DNA of 64,000 bases, taken from assembly GCF_006345805.1 (NCBI RefSeq), contig NC_043005.1:61318001-61382000 (forward strand), given 5' to 3'. Origin of the DNA: Octopus sinensis. Its lineage: Eukaryota. How positions within the stretch are numbered: the stretch's first letter is position 1; each line of letters starts with the position of its first letter. Made by a program: the position numbers and the translations under genes. This document shows positions 29,088 to 41,050 of this stretch, in pieces. The notes under the pieces were generated by a model. The model ran no database searches, was not told the DNA's origin, and saw only the letters and a program-made list of their open reading frames with translations.

Positions 29088-29250
29088 ATACATACATATA
29101 TATATATATATGAATGTTATGTATATGTATTCATTATATATATATATATACATATACATGCATACTTATACCTATATATATATAAACATATATATATATA
29201 AACATATATATATATATATATATATATAAACATATATATATATATATATA

Positions 29251-31815
29251 AGTAGGTGAATGAATTATCCTGTGTTTCTCGTCAGCATGGAAAATTCGTT
29301 TAACCGAAACCTGGGTAGCAAATTCACGTCAGAAACACGGTTGAAGCGACCTGTCAAGGGTAGTAACTCCGGGTTCATGTGCAGAAATGTGTGTGTTGTA
29401 TATGAATAAATGAAAGAATGGAGTCACAAACAGAACTTTCACACTAACCCAGCATTGCGGCTCATATGCCCTTCCAGTTCAGACATCGGTACCCTTAGTA
29501 AATACATATTAGATAAGTATATCCCTATATTAATTAATAAATTAAAACTTAGCTTATGGTCCAATTCTGTTCAAGTCGTAGATTGGTTCACCTCTATTAC
29601 TGATAAGGCCAACACTAAATTTATCCAATTCGATATATCTAGTTTCTATTCTTCAATCAACCCTATTATACTTAATAAGGCCCTAAGGCACGCACACAAT
29701 AAGGCAGGCCTCTCCATGGAGGAAATTAGCATATTGACTGCTAGGAAATCTTTCATCCAGTTCGATAGCAAGTTGTGGGTCCGTACCGACACCCCTAATG
29801 CATTTGATGTACTAATGGGAAGTACAGACAGCGCCCAGATAGCCGATTTAGTCGGGATTTATATTCTTTATGAAATGGCCGACCAATTCCCAGACATCTG
29901 TGGAGGTCTTTATCGCGGCGATTGTCTGCTTTACCTCCAAAACGTTTCGAACCAAAAAATACAGAAGGTTAAGAACAGATTAGTTAGGTTTTTTAGTAGA
30001 ATGGGCTTGCGCATAGGTTTTGACGATGAATTAACTAAAGCCAACTTCTTAGACATTACCCTCAATTTGCAGAATAACTCATAAACCTTCCACAAATCAT
30101 AAACCTTCCACAAATCTTAAGTATATTAGCATTTTCAGTAATCATGCCAGGCCAATTACCGATAATTTAGTTTAAAACATCTCTCTGAGACTGTCCAAAT
30201 TATCTGCTAATGTCGACATCTTTAACCAAAAGGCAGACTTCTATAACGCCGCCTTGTTAAGAGCCGGTTATAAGGAGAAAGTGTCATACATCGACTCGTA
30301 ATAGGAATAATGATTTCAATTCTAATAGTGCCAGCAACCCTGTACATAAAATATATTCTTTACGGACTAGGGGAGGTAAGCGCCATGCAACCCCAAATTG
30401 CCAACCCAGAAACGTTCCCCTTACTATCACAAATAACACTAAGAACAATTCAAAGGCCACAAAAAACTGTATCTGGTTCGTAATACCTTTCGGAAAACAA
30501 ATTAAATCGAACCTTCCCTTACAGTTCCGTGAAGCCGTTGCTAGGAACTTTCCCAGAAATTCTAGATATCATTCTATTATCAATTCCCACAACGTCAGAA
30601 TCGCTTTCTCTAACACTATGAATCTTTCACAAATTATATCTTCCCACAATACCAAGCTGCTAAACAAAGATTCTTCACCCGGGAGTTCCAACACTAATCT
30701 TGCTAATTCCAACCCATCATACAATCATAATAATAGGAATAGTATTAATAGTAACAGCATTAGTAGCAGCGAAAGTGTTAACAATGATAATATTAATAAT
30801 AGTATTAGTCGTGTTAATAACAACGGTAGTGTTGATGGTAACAACAATAACGGTATTATTGTCGGTGGTATTACTGGTTGTAATACCATTAATAATACTA
30901 ATAATAATAGAAATAGTGTAGTTGTTAGCGCTAATAATAATGGTAACAACAATCATAACAATAAAAACTTCGTTTCGATCTCGGAGGACAGCCCAACAGA
31001 ATTAAATATTTCGTCTAGTAATTCTAAGATGAAGAATTCTATTTACCAGGGTAGATTTTCTTCCGATACCGATGTCTTCTTCTATATAGCAGCGTCCACT
31101 TCCCAGTTATCCAAGAGAATTTCAAACCACTATTCAACATTCAGGGATAGTAAGACACGACATAGTACAGGGCTAAGTAAATTAGTTTGGCGTCTTAAAG
31201 ACAACAATATAATTTTCAAGTTAGATTGGTTCATACTGTCTGTATCCTTTCCTTTTGATAAGGGCAGGAGATTTTGTAACATTTGTACCTCTGAACTCTT
31301 CCATGATCTTTTCTCTAAGGTTCCCCTAGTAAACACACTCATAGAAAAATCATACAAATGTAAACACTGGCAGAAACACACTTTCTACTCATATAAATGA
31401 TAACGATAGTCACTGTGGTTTGAACAATTAGCTTTACGTCCACCCCACTTCTACAGAGAAATTCTTTCCTAAGCCTTCGAACATTCTTTCAATCAACGTA
31501 CCCTTCTTCTCCACTTGTTCCCTACCTATTATTACTTTATCCCTTCTCTTCCTACTATCTATTTTTGACGTCAATTCTTCTAACGGTTTTTTTTTAAAAA
31601 CACTCATTATCGCTTTGTTTACCATGTAGGCAATCATCGAAATTTTTGTTTCTCTTGTTGTCGAGAGAGGCTCCCTTTCTTTCCTGATGAGAGGATTGCA
31701 TAATGCACCCTTTATTCCTTTGGAATGAAAACATGCTGTCTTCGAAACATGTGTCGAGAGTAAAGGAATTTTCTTAACATCTTCGTTCGACTCCATTCTT
31801 TCATTTATTCATATA
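29251..31815 (+). mobile_element. Penelope-like retroelement, Naiad type (RT + GIY-YIG), 5'-truncated, pseudogenised, in (TA)n
   Basis: RT: PALRLICP, FIQFDISSFY, MGSTDSAQIADLVG, LYRGD (YRDD mutated), NFLDITL. EN: SIYQ..FYIAAS..KRISNH..CNICTSE..LVN..CKH. 29399-29425 is the reverse complement of 31789-31815 (short inverted pLTR). Confidence 0.92.
31671..31768 (+). ncRNA. Type I hammerhead ribozyme in the PLE 3'UTR
   Basis: CTGATGA at 31684; stem II gaggattgcat/atgctgtcttc; GAAA at 31744; stem III AC-atgt-GT; cleavage triplet GTC at 31753-31755; stem I ctttc/gagag. Confidence 0.85.
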
Positions 31816-31861
31816 TAATATATATATATATATATATATAAACATATATATATATACATAT

Positions 31862-31895
<34 letters not shown>

Positions 31896-32411
31896 ATCCA
31901 TATACATATGTACACATATACGTATTCATAAATATGTGCAGACATATAGATTTAAACTTATACATATATATATTATTCATAACTCCAAATACACGCAGAT
32001 ACATAGATGGATATATTTATATGGAATTTTAAAAACCATTGATTTACATATGTTCCACCCAGGCAACATCGCAGTATATTTCTTGCTTTCGTATATTATC
32101 AAAAGATAACACTTTTCGAATATCCAAAACATGTTCCGAATCATTTATTAGACAACACTGGAAAACAACTAAAACTGAAGAATTCTAATTTATAGTATGG
32201 TAACATATATTAACACAGAATCTATTTCATTCACATTACAACCTGGATTTAATTTATTTTCAGCTGCTCAATAATTTAAATCTGGTTACAGCTGATTTTA
32301 GACTTTAAAAAATTACTAGATTGTGATATGAATACGTAAATACACAAACACACACAAACACATTCACACATGTAATTAAGCACAGTCACACGCGCTTATC
32401 TATAATATTGT

Positions 32412-32454
<43 letters not shown>

Positions 32455-32713
32455 TTACCATACTTGTCTAATATACTTATACATGTATTTGCGTGTGCCT
32501 CTCTGTGTGAGTATACATATGTATGTCTATGGATATATACATATATATATGTATATATGAATATATATCACTATATGATTATATATGTGTACATATGTTT
32601 ATATATAAATATATGCACATATGTATATATATATGTGTGTGCGTATATATATATATATATATACATATAAACATAAATATATATACATATATATACATAT
32701 ACATATATATATA

Positions 32714-32753
<40 letters not shown>

Positions 32754-32757
32754 CACA

Positions 32758-32788
<31 letters not shown>

Positions 32789-32802
32789 TTACATATATAT
32801 AT

Positions 32803-33400
32803 TTAGAAAGTTCATAAGGTGAAGTTATAAATATAAATACATACAAACACACTTTCACATATACATAAATATACATGAATTGATATCTATACATTTATAT
32901 GTATACAAAGAAATCAATTATTATTATTATTATTAAGTGTATTATGTATTATATTATTCCTATTAGATAATGTATAAACAGGGGAAAGAAAAATTTTCTT
33001 TTCTCTGTTTATACTTTATCTAACAGGAATAATATAATACACCTAATAATAATAATTGATTTCTTTGTTTTCATCTACATATACATATAAGTATGCATAT
33101 ACTTATACACATAAATATATTTATGCATATTTATGCATAATTGTATTTATGTATATTTATGAACATGTATGTATATGTAAAAAGTGTGTATATAACTTAA
33201 CATTATGAACTTTCTAAACTCTCTGACGAAGCCCAGAGGCACACCCAAGTACTTAATCGTATCTGCTCAATACTTCAGTTCACTGAAGGGATAGGAGTAC
33301 AGTGATGTACCATGATCTCTTGGCTGAAAGAGCTGTAAGATACTATTCTACTTCCTATGCTCTCCGTTATATATTTTAATAATTACTGGTATTATTATAT
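32803..33400 (+). mobile_element. Fold-back non-autonomous PLE-like element followed by a hammerhead motif
   Basis: Imperfect palindrome centred near 32992 (gaaagaaaa/ttttctttt), with arms out to ttagaaagttcataa / ttatgaactttctaa; flanked by TA-rich repeats. Confidence 0.7.
33218..33342 (+). ncRNA. Hammerhead ribozyme motif with one core lesion
   Basis: CTGACGA at 33223; stem II agcccagag/ctcttggct with a long loop; GAAA at 33326; g-agct-GTA (expected C is G); stem I tct/aga. Confidence 0.7.
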
Positions 33401-33751
33401 TTTTATATATTATATATGTAAAGCAAAATATGTTATATATGTATGTATACTGTTATAATGTGTTTTTTTTAATAAATAGATAGACAGAATATAATGTCTA
33501 GAAGTTGATGAATATCACTTCTACATCCCCTCCATTTTCTTGTTCTATATATTAATGATAAAACAACTTTTTACTCTCACATATTTATCACATTCAGTAG
33601 TGTAATTGCCATGCAATGAAAATACACTTGTGTATTAACAATTGGGTATTCTACCAGCAGTATATTGGATAGATATTATCCCCTAGTTGGTTGGACTGAC
33701 AACCTCTAACTCTCTTGGAATTACATATAAATATATATACATATGTATACA

Positions 33752-33808
<57 letters not shown>

Positions 33809-33811
33809 GTG

Positions 33812-33854
<43 letters not shown>

Positions 33855-34732
33855 TATATATATACATATATATATACATACATGCATATATATATATATA
33901 TATATATATGATGTTTGTTTTCATACTGAGTTAATTAAGCAAACTGTTTCATTTAATCAAAACTAATCAATCACGGATAAAGAAGTGTCAGAATAAATTA
34001 AACAGTCATTTCCTTGTTAGTGTTTGACGAAGAAAATGAGATGCTCCAAGAATTTGATCACAAAATATATAAAGAAAACAGAAAACAAAGACAGAAATGC
34101 AAGTTTAGGAAAAACAAGAACAGAAAATACATTAAAGATTTTTCTTGATAAAAAGCAATTAACTAATTTTGTTTGTTTTTTGTTTGCTTTTACAAAAGAA
34201 TAACATAACTCTGCGTTTAAATGTTACTTGTGTACTGCCCGGTTCCTAAAGTGATTCTTCCGTTTTTAATCCACGTTTTCCTTTAGCCCCACATACAATC
34301 ATACATCGCACGTTCATATATCCAGCACATAACGCCTGAAATTACATTGACACCACTGTTTAATTTGTATTTATGTCATTTATTCTGAAAGTATGAAAGA
34401 CGAGGTCAGCCACAGCGGAATGAGAATCCGGATGCTGAGAAAGGTCGAAATGAGACAAAGCATTTTATTTTCCCTGCTGTGCTAACACTATTCTGCCAAG
34501 CCCGCAGCTATGTGTCAGGTTATGACAAAAGCATTTGGACATTAAGTTGAAAGCTTACTCAATACTTTTGGTAGAGTGCATATTTAGTATTTTTTAGCAA
34601 GAATATTATTATACAGCGAGTTCGTAATTTCGGCAGGTTGAGCCATCATTAGTCTGCCCGATGTTGGCTTTGAAGGCTGAATATTCGAACGTCCAGCGAA
34701 AAAATATTCAATAAAAGTAATAGATATATATA

Positions 34733-34957
34733 TTTCTTTACTACCCACAAGGGGCTAAACGTAGAGGGGACAAACAAGGACAGACAAAGGGGTTGAGTCG
34801 ATTACATCGACCCAGTGCGTAACTGGTACTTTATTTATCGACCCCGAGAGGATGAAAGGCAAAGTCGACCTCGGCGGAATTTGAACTCAGAACGTAACGA
34901 CAGACGAAATACGGCTACGCATTTCGCCCGGCGCGCTAACGTTTCTGCCAGCTCGCC
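34733..34957 (-). mobile_element. SINE A, best-preserved copy
   Basis: Minus strand: ggcgagctggcagaaacgttagcgcgccgggcgaaatgcg...ttctgagttcaaattccgccgaggtcgactttgcctttcatcctctcggggtcgataaataaagtaccag. Confidence 0.9.
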
Positions 34958-35373
34958 ATCCAACAACATAGAAACATTTATATGTATATCTATATAATAG
35001 ATATATATATACATGTATGTGTGTATGTGTATGTGTATGTGTGCGCATGTGAGTGTTTGTGTACTTCGTTGAAGTGTTTTAAATCATATCCAGCTAATGC
35101 TATTAATTTAACCACGAGTTATTCATGTATATGCTCATATATAAATACATATATGTGTGGGTAGGTGCATGTTTGTGTGCCCGAGATTATGTGCATGCAG
35201 AGATATGTACGACACTTTGACAATTTTTGATGTCTTGGCGTCTGAAGCAGCTAGAGATACGATATTTTGACCAAAAGAACCGGCTACTGCAAGCAATATT
35301 ACGTCAGTTTAGCATAACAGCAGCAATATATATTTATATACATCAGTATTTTCATATGACAATAAATAAATAC

Positions 35374-35420
<47 letters not shown>

Positions 35421-35423
<3 letters not shown>

Positions 35424-35794
35424 AATAGTAAAAAGTGAAAAAACTACAGAAGGCTTAAAGGTTAAAAATATATATATTTGCGTCAATATGTCTGAAGAAT
35501 ATTAAAAAAATTTTCTTACAATGACATAATTTAGAAGAAAGACCGGTTTCGCGTTTAGCTTTTCAAATTTCTTACGAAGTTGAAAAGCTATATCTGAAAA
35601 ATTTGAAAAGCTAAACGCGAAACCGGTCTTTCTTCTAAATTATGTCATTGTAAGAAAAAAATGTTATATCCTTCAGACATATTGACGCAAATATATATAT
35701 ATATATTTTAACCTTTAAGCCTTCTGTAGTTTTTTCACTATTTACTATTTTCTATATATTCAACCACGTGCTTTCACAAACCAACTTTCTTATC
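35421..35794 (-). mobile_element. Mini fold-back element in (TA)n with hammerhead 3' half and a 36-nt tail
   Basis: 35421-35570 is the reverse complement of ~35598-35757; GAAACCGGTC at 35619 and its inverse at 35541; tail ttcaaccacgtgctttcacaaaccaactttcttatc. Confidence 0.75.
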
Positions 35795-35869
<75 letters not shown>

Positions 35870-36454
35870 CTGTGTGTGTGTGTGTATGTATGTATACAGA
35901 GAGAGAGAGAGACAGACAGATATAGGCAAAACGTAGTCGTAACTAATGGTGCCTGTAAGTGTTACAGGCATATCTATTGCTATAAATACGAGGTAAGCCA
36001 CTTATAGCTGAGCAATATAATCCTATGCTGCTTATATTGTGCCCAGGGTCCCCGTATTAATTATATATATATACATATACATACATACACACAGCGCACC
36101 CACACTAACACACTCACAGACACCACACACACATATATGTATATATATATAATCATGACTGTTTCATTTCTTTATGTATTAACCTACGAGCATAGAAGCT
36201 AAAAACAAAGAGGGATATGTACTCCTGTAGAATCAGTATGATACAATTGTGACCATCAATTGGATGGATCGTTGTACAGATTTGGCCAACGCAAATTCAC
36301 TCATAAGTACTGGATCGTCCTGGGGTTATAAGGAATGCACTTTTCCCAGACACACCCATCTCGTACCGAAAGCAGTGCCTCATTGTTGCGAAGCAAGCCT
36401 TATACCCACACACTCCTGATTCCATATATGTCTGAGTGGGTGTGTGTGTGTGTG

Positions 36455-36505
<51 letters not shown>

Positions 36506-36516
36506 ATAAATTATAT

Positions 36517-36640
36517 ATATATTTCTGCAGACGCTAGGAGCAACGTTGAAATAAATATGTATACAATCATGTCTAACCCATTGTTATACACTCGTACATG
36601 AGTAGAACTTTTACTGCAGAAATATATATATATATATATT

Positions 36641-36695
<55 letters not shown>

Positions 36696-37158
36696 GTGTG
36701 TATGTACGTATGTATATGCGATTATATATAGATATTTATATATATATATATGTATGTAAATCTGTATGTACTAATTTGTAATCAGATGTAGAGCACTAAG
36801 AATGAATATATCGATTTTACAATAAAACTTCTGAGGCATGTATATGTGCATAATCAATATATTCCTTCTTTGTGAATGTTCTATATGTAATTAAAGTTTA
36901 ATTACGACCATTTGCGTGTATATGTAAGAATACAAACATACATACATATATATTATATAAATGCGTGTGTGTGTGTGTGTGTGTGTGCATGGTGTGTGCG
37001 TGTGTTCGTGGAGAAAGAAAGAAAGAAAGAAAGAAAGGAAGAAAGTGATAGAATTTTCTGCAGACACTCGGAGCAACGTCGAATGAAATATTTATACAAT
37101 CATCTTTATCCTATTGTTATACACTCGAACATGAGTAGAACTTTTACTGCGGAAATAT
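36517..37158 (+). repeat. Two local copies of a ~105-bp unit (36517-36625, 37053-37158) with short inverted ends tttctgcag...ctgc(a/g)gaaa
   Basis: ggagcaacgt.gaa...attgttatacactcg.acatgagtagaacttttactgc shared by both. Confidence 0.7.
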
Positions 37159-37349
37159 TCTCAAGCAGAAAAAGAACTGACCTCATAGTCACTGTGTGTG
37201 ACAAGAAATTATCGGGCAAGGAATGACGTCATCGCATTTCTCCGTTGTACCTTTTCTCTACTATGACCGCTGAATCACATCTTAACAGCCTTATAGTGAG
37301 TCTACATACATACACACACTCATACACACACTTACAATCAAACTCACAT

Positions 37350-37431
<82 letters not shown>

Positions 37432-37432
37432 G

Positions 37433-37508
<76 letters not shown>
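37350..37508. repeat. (GACA)n(GATA)n microsatellite
   Basis: Direct reading. Confidence 0.97.
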
Positions 37509-37509
<1 letters not shown>

Positions 37510-38391
37510 ATACAAGGATGGATGAAAGTAATTAGGTCATGCATACATACAGCACATCGCCAAAATATCCAACATAGAAACATTAATGCACACAGCTGTA
37601 CGTACATACATACATACATACATACATATATACATACATACATACATACATCATACATACATACATACATACATACATACGTACGTACATATGCATATAT
37701 AGAAATATATTTGTATATGTGCACACACATTTATATACACATACACATACACACACAAAGCACTAGACGGGGAAAGGAAAAAGGGAGATACGATCGGTGC
37801 TGATACAGAAAAAGAAAATTTTACTAAGATAATCATTTGCAGAGGAGCGCTCACACGTACACGCGTACATGCACATTTACATATAAACACCCAAACATTC
37901 ATACACACACATACATACATACATATGTAGATACGTATGCACGTACATACATATATACGCATGTGTAAAAATCAATTTCCTAAACATGGCATTATTACAT
38001 CATTCATTTTGGTGTTAAATATCCTCTGCGTGAATACAATACCGCACTGGTGATTGTAGAACAATTACACTGGTACACTGGTTCAAATAATCAATCAACA
38101 ATTCTATTTCTGGCTACTTTAGTAATACAAGGAAGTCTTAGAAGGAAGTACAAATATTTGAATGAAAGAGAGCTGTAACTTTTAAAGCTGGTTCGTAGTA
38201 AATACATCTGCAGTAGAATTGTAGTTATAATTGAAACGATATTGTTGTAGTAGGGGACATGTTGCTTTGAATCATTGAAGGATTTCCTTCCATTGTGACG
38301 TACTAGTGACTCATTCAATGAGAGTTAGGCATAACGTCAGGTCGACGATGTTCCCTCTGTTCACATATTTGAATCATTTCTTGATAAATTG

Positions 38392-38878
38392 TGGAGGCGC
38401 GTGGCTTAGTGGTTAGGGTGTCATCATCATGATAGTAGGATTGTGGTTCCGATTCCCGGACCGGGCGACACGTTGTGTTCTTGAGCAAAACACTTCATTT
38501 CACGTTGCTCCAGTCCACTCAACTGGCAAAAACGCTGCGATGGATTGGCGTCCCGTCCAGCTGGGGAACACATACGCCATAGAAACCGGGAAACCGGGCC
38601 CATGAGCCTGGCTAGGCTTTAAAAGGGCGCGGTGGATGCGCGTGGATTAGTGCTTAGGGTATCAGCACCATGATCATAAGATTGTAGTTTCGATTCCTGG
38701 ACCGGACGACGCATTGTGTTCTTGCGCAAAACACTTCATTTCACGTTGCTCCAGTCCACTCACCTGGCAATAATGAGTAACGCTGCGATGGACTGGCGTC
38801 CCGTCCAGCTGGGGAACACATGCGCCATAGAAACCGGGAAACCGGGCCCATGAGCCAGGCTAGGCTTTAAAAGGGCGC
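38392..38878 (+). mobile_element. Head-to-tail dimer of tRNA-derived SINE family B
   Basis: A box tggcttagtgg, B box gtttcgattcc; central gctgcgatggactggcgtcccgtccag (V-SINE-like by recall); each unit ends ggctttaaaagggcgc. Confidence 0.88.
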
Positions 38879-39187
38879 TTTTATTCATTATTTAACTCGG
38901 TAAATTAATATGCAAACCACTGAGTGTCTTATAGACACATGCGTGAGTTCTTGATACAATTGTTGCGTCTAATTAATGTGGCCGACCCCCACTACTGTAT
39001 GAATTTCTTAAGCCTAGTAGCTTCATACTTACTTTGATTATTTCGTTTGCCGAACCGCTAGTCTACGGATATGTAAACAAACACAGGTTATCAATCAGTG
39101 GTGGGAGACACTTTCAAACACGCACACATATATGTATGCACACACACCCACACACACATATATGTTTTTATGTGCCCTTTTCAAGTC

Positions 39188-39232
<45 letters not shown>

Positions 39233-39291
39233 TAGAAGGTTTTTGTGATATTTTTTAAGCTTTAATAATATAGTGTATGTATGTATGTATG

Positions 39292-39322
<31 letters not shown>

Positions 39323-40639
39323 GGTAAGTCAATCTTTATCTGAAAATTAACGTTGTGGTTGACTTAGATCACAGAATACTGCGTCAGTTACCTTGAGAGG
39401 AACATTCATATAGACTTTTGCTTTTTAAAATCATGTTTAGTTATCTCATTTGCAGACAAGAACAGTCTGCTACGACTGTGGTAACTGCCAGGTCATGTGA
39501 TTTCACCATTGCTTGAGGTCTTCGGTGACAGACTTCCAGGTGCGTCATAACTGCCGAAAATCTCAGTGATATATACGGTATCAGTGTTCGTTCAGATTAT
39601 CAAATAGCTTAATTGGCTTATTAAAATATAATTAATAGTGACAGAAGCAAATATGAATAACAAACATATGAATATCTTCAACGTAACGTGAAGTTCGTTA
39701 TTTACCTTCAGATGACCTCTCATATATCGTTGAAGGGTGATTATGCTATTATGGTGTGATCGGATATCTGACACTGAAGATCTCAAAACACTACTACATC
39801 ACGTGATTTGGCAGCTCCGGCGACCGCAGTTGATGATTCTCGCATGCCAACAATATAAGAGTGCTTTTATTCACCATGAATCCATATGAGAGATCCCACA
39901 GTATTCTGTATTCTGACCCAACCACCACGTTAAGGTGCAGATAAAAATTACCTACACGTATTTTTCTCTCAACGAAATGATCAACATGCCCGAGACTATG
40001 CTGAAATACAAGTGCTAGTTCATCATTGTAGTTAAATCGAACCTGAAACACGGTATTTCCGAAGCGAACTTAGTAACCACCAGTTTATACTTGCAGCTTA
40101 TGTTCCTATATGTTCATGATCCACACTGTACTTTTATACACAACTTCATTTCCAATTTATAATTCAGAAAGTATATATGATTTATATAGAGCGACAATGA
40201 TTTAATAAATCTTTTTTACGTTCTATTTGCCTTTGCATTTATCTCATTTTCTAAAAGTAATATACTTGGTAAGAATCACCTGGGAACTTATTAGGTATTT
40301 TGCCTTATCTTAAACACGCTTTAATTTTTGTTTTCCATTCCAATCTTTCTCTGTTTAATGATGAATTGTAACGTTTATTGCAACTCCTGCAGTAAAAAAA
40401 AAATCTTCCTTCTTATTTCTCGTTTATTATATTTGTGTCCCTTATTTCGCTATTTGCCTCATGTTTTATTATATTTCTTCTGTGTCTTCTCCTAAATCGC
40501 TTTCTTATATTTCCATCATCGCCTTCACCACTGACTTTATTGTCGTAGTTGTCATCACCGCCGCCATCGTCGCTCTCATCACCATAATCATTATCATCAA
40601 CAACAACAACACCAACGTATTATTATCAATGAGTGGAGA

Positions 40640-41050
40640 CAGTAAGCTTGGAGAATTGTTAGCATGCCGGACAAATCGCTTTGTGGAATTTTGTCAGTCT
40701 TTACATTCTGAGTTCAAATTCCGCCGAGGTTACCTTTGCCTTTCATCCTAAGTGTCAGTTGAGCAGTGGAGTCAACTTGCCTGTCGCTTGAAACTGCAGG
40801 CCGTGTGCCAGAATAAGAAAGGTTTATTAACACTGTGCTTAAAGCGATAAGTTGGATTAATCGTTACCGCACCGAAAAAAATGCTTCGCGGTGCTATTTT
40901 AGCTCTGTATATTCTGATTTCAAATTCCACCGAGATCAACTTTGCGTTTCTTCCTTTCGTAGTCGATAAAATCAGTACCAGTTGATCACTGAAGTTGATA
41001 TAATCGACTAACTCCCCTCCCCAAAAAATTTCTGACGCTGTCAAAATTTG
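40640..41050 (+). mobile_element. Two SINE A copies
   Basis: gagttcaaattccgccgaggttacctttgcctttcatcct; caaattccaccgagatcaactttgcg...gtcgataaaatcagtaccag. Confidence 0.75.

Noticed and set aside
29290-29330. SECIS element or selenoprotein in the Naiad-type elements
   Set aside because: GUGA..GA motifs occur in the tails but helix II pairs poorly, and no in-frame UGA is seen in the open ORF within the window.
26679-37962. Many YIYI/CVCV/THTH/LSIY ORFs in the track
   Set aside because: They are translations of (TA)n, (CA)n and (GATA)n microsatellites.
38392-38470. tRNA genes
   Set aside because: The A/B boxes belong to SINE heads; there is no full cloverleaf and they are followed by SINE bodies.
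39319-39724. Possible mariner-derived MITE
   Set aside because: The ends only loosely resemble mariner TIRs and no transposase motif was found.
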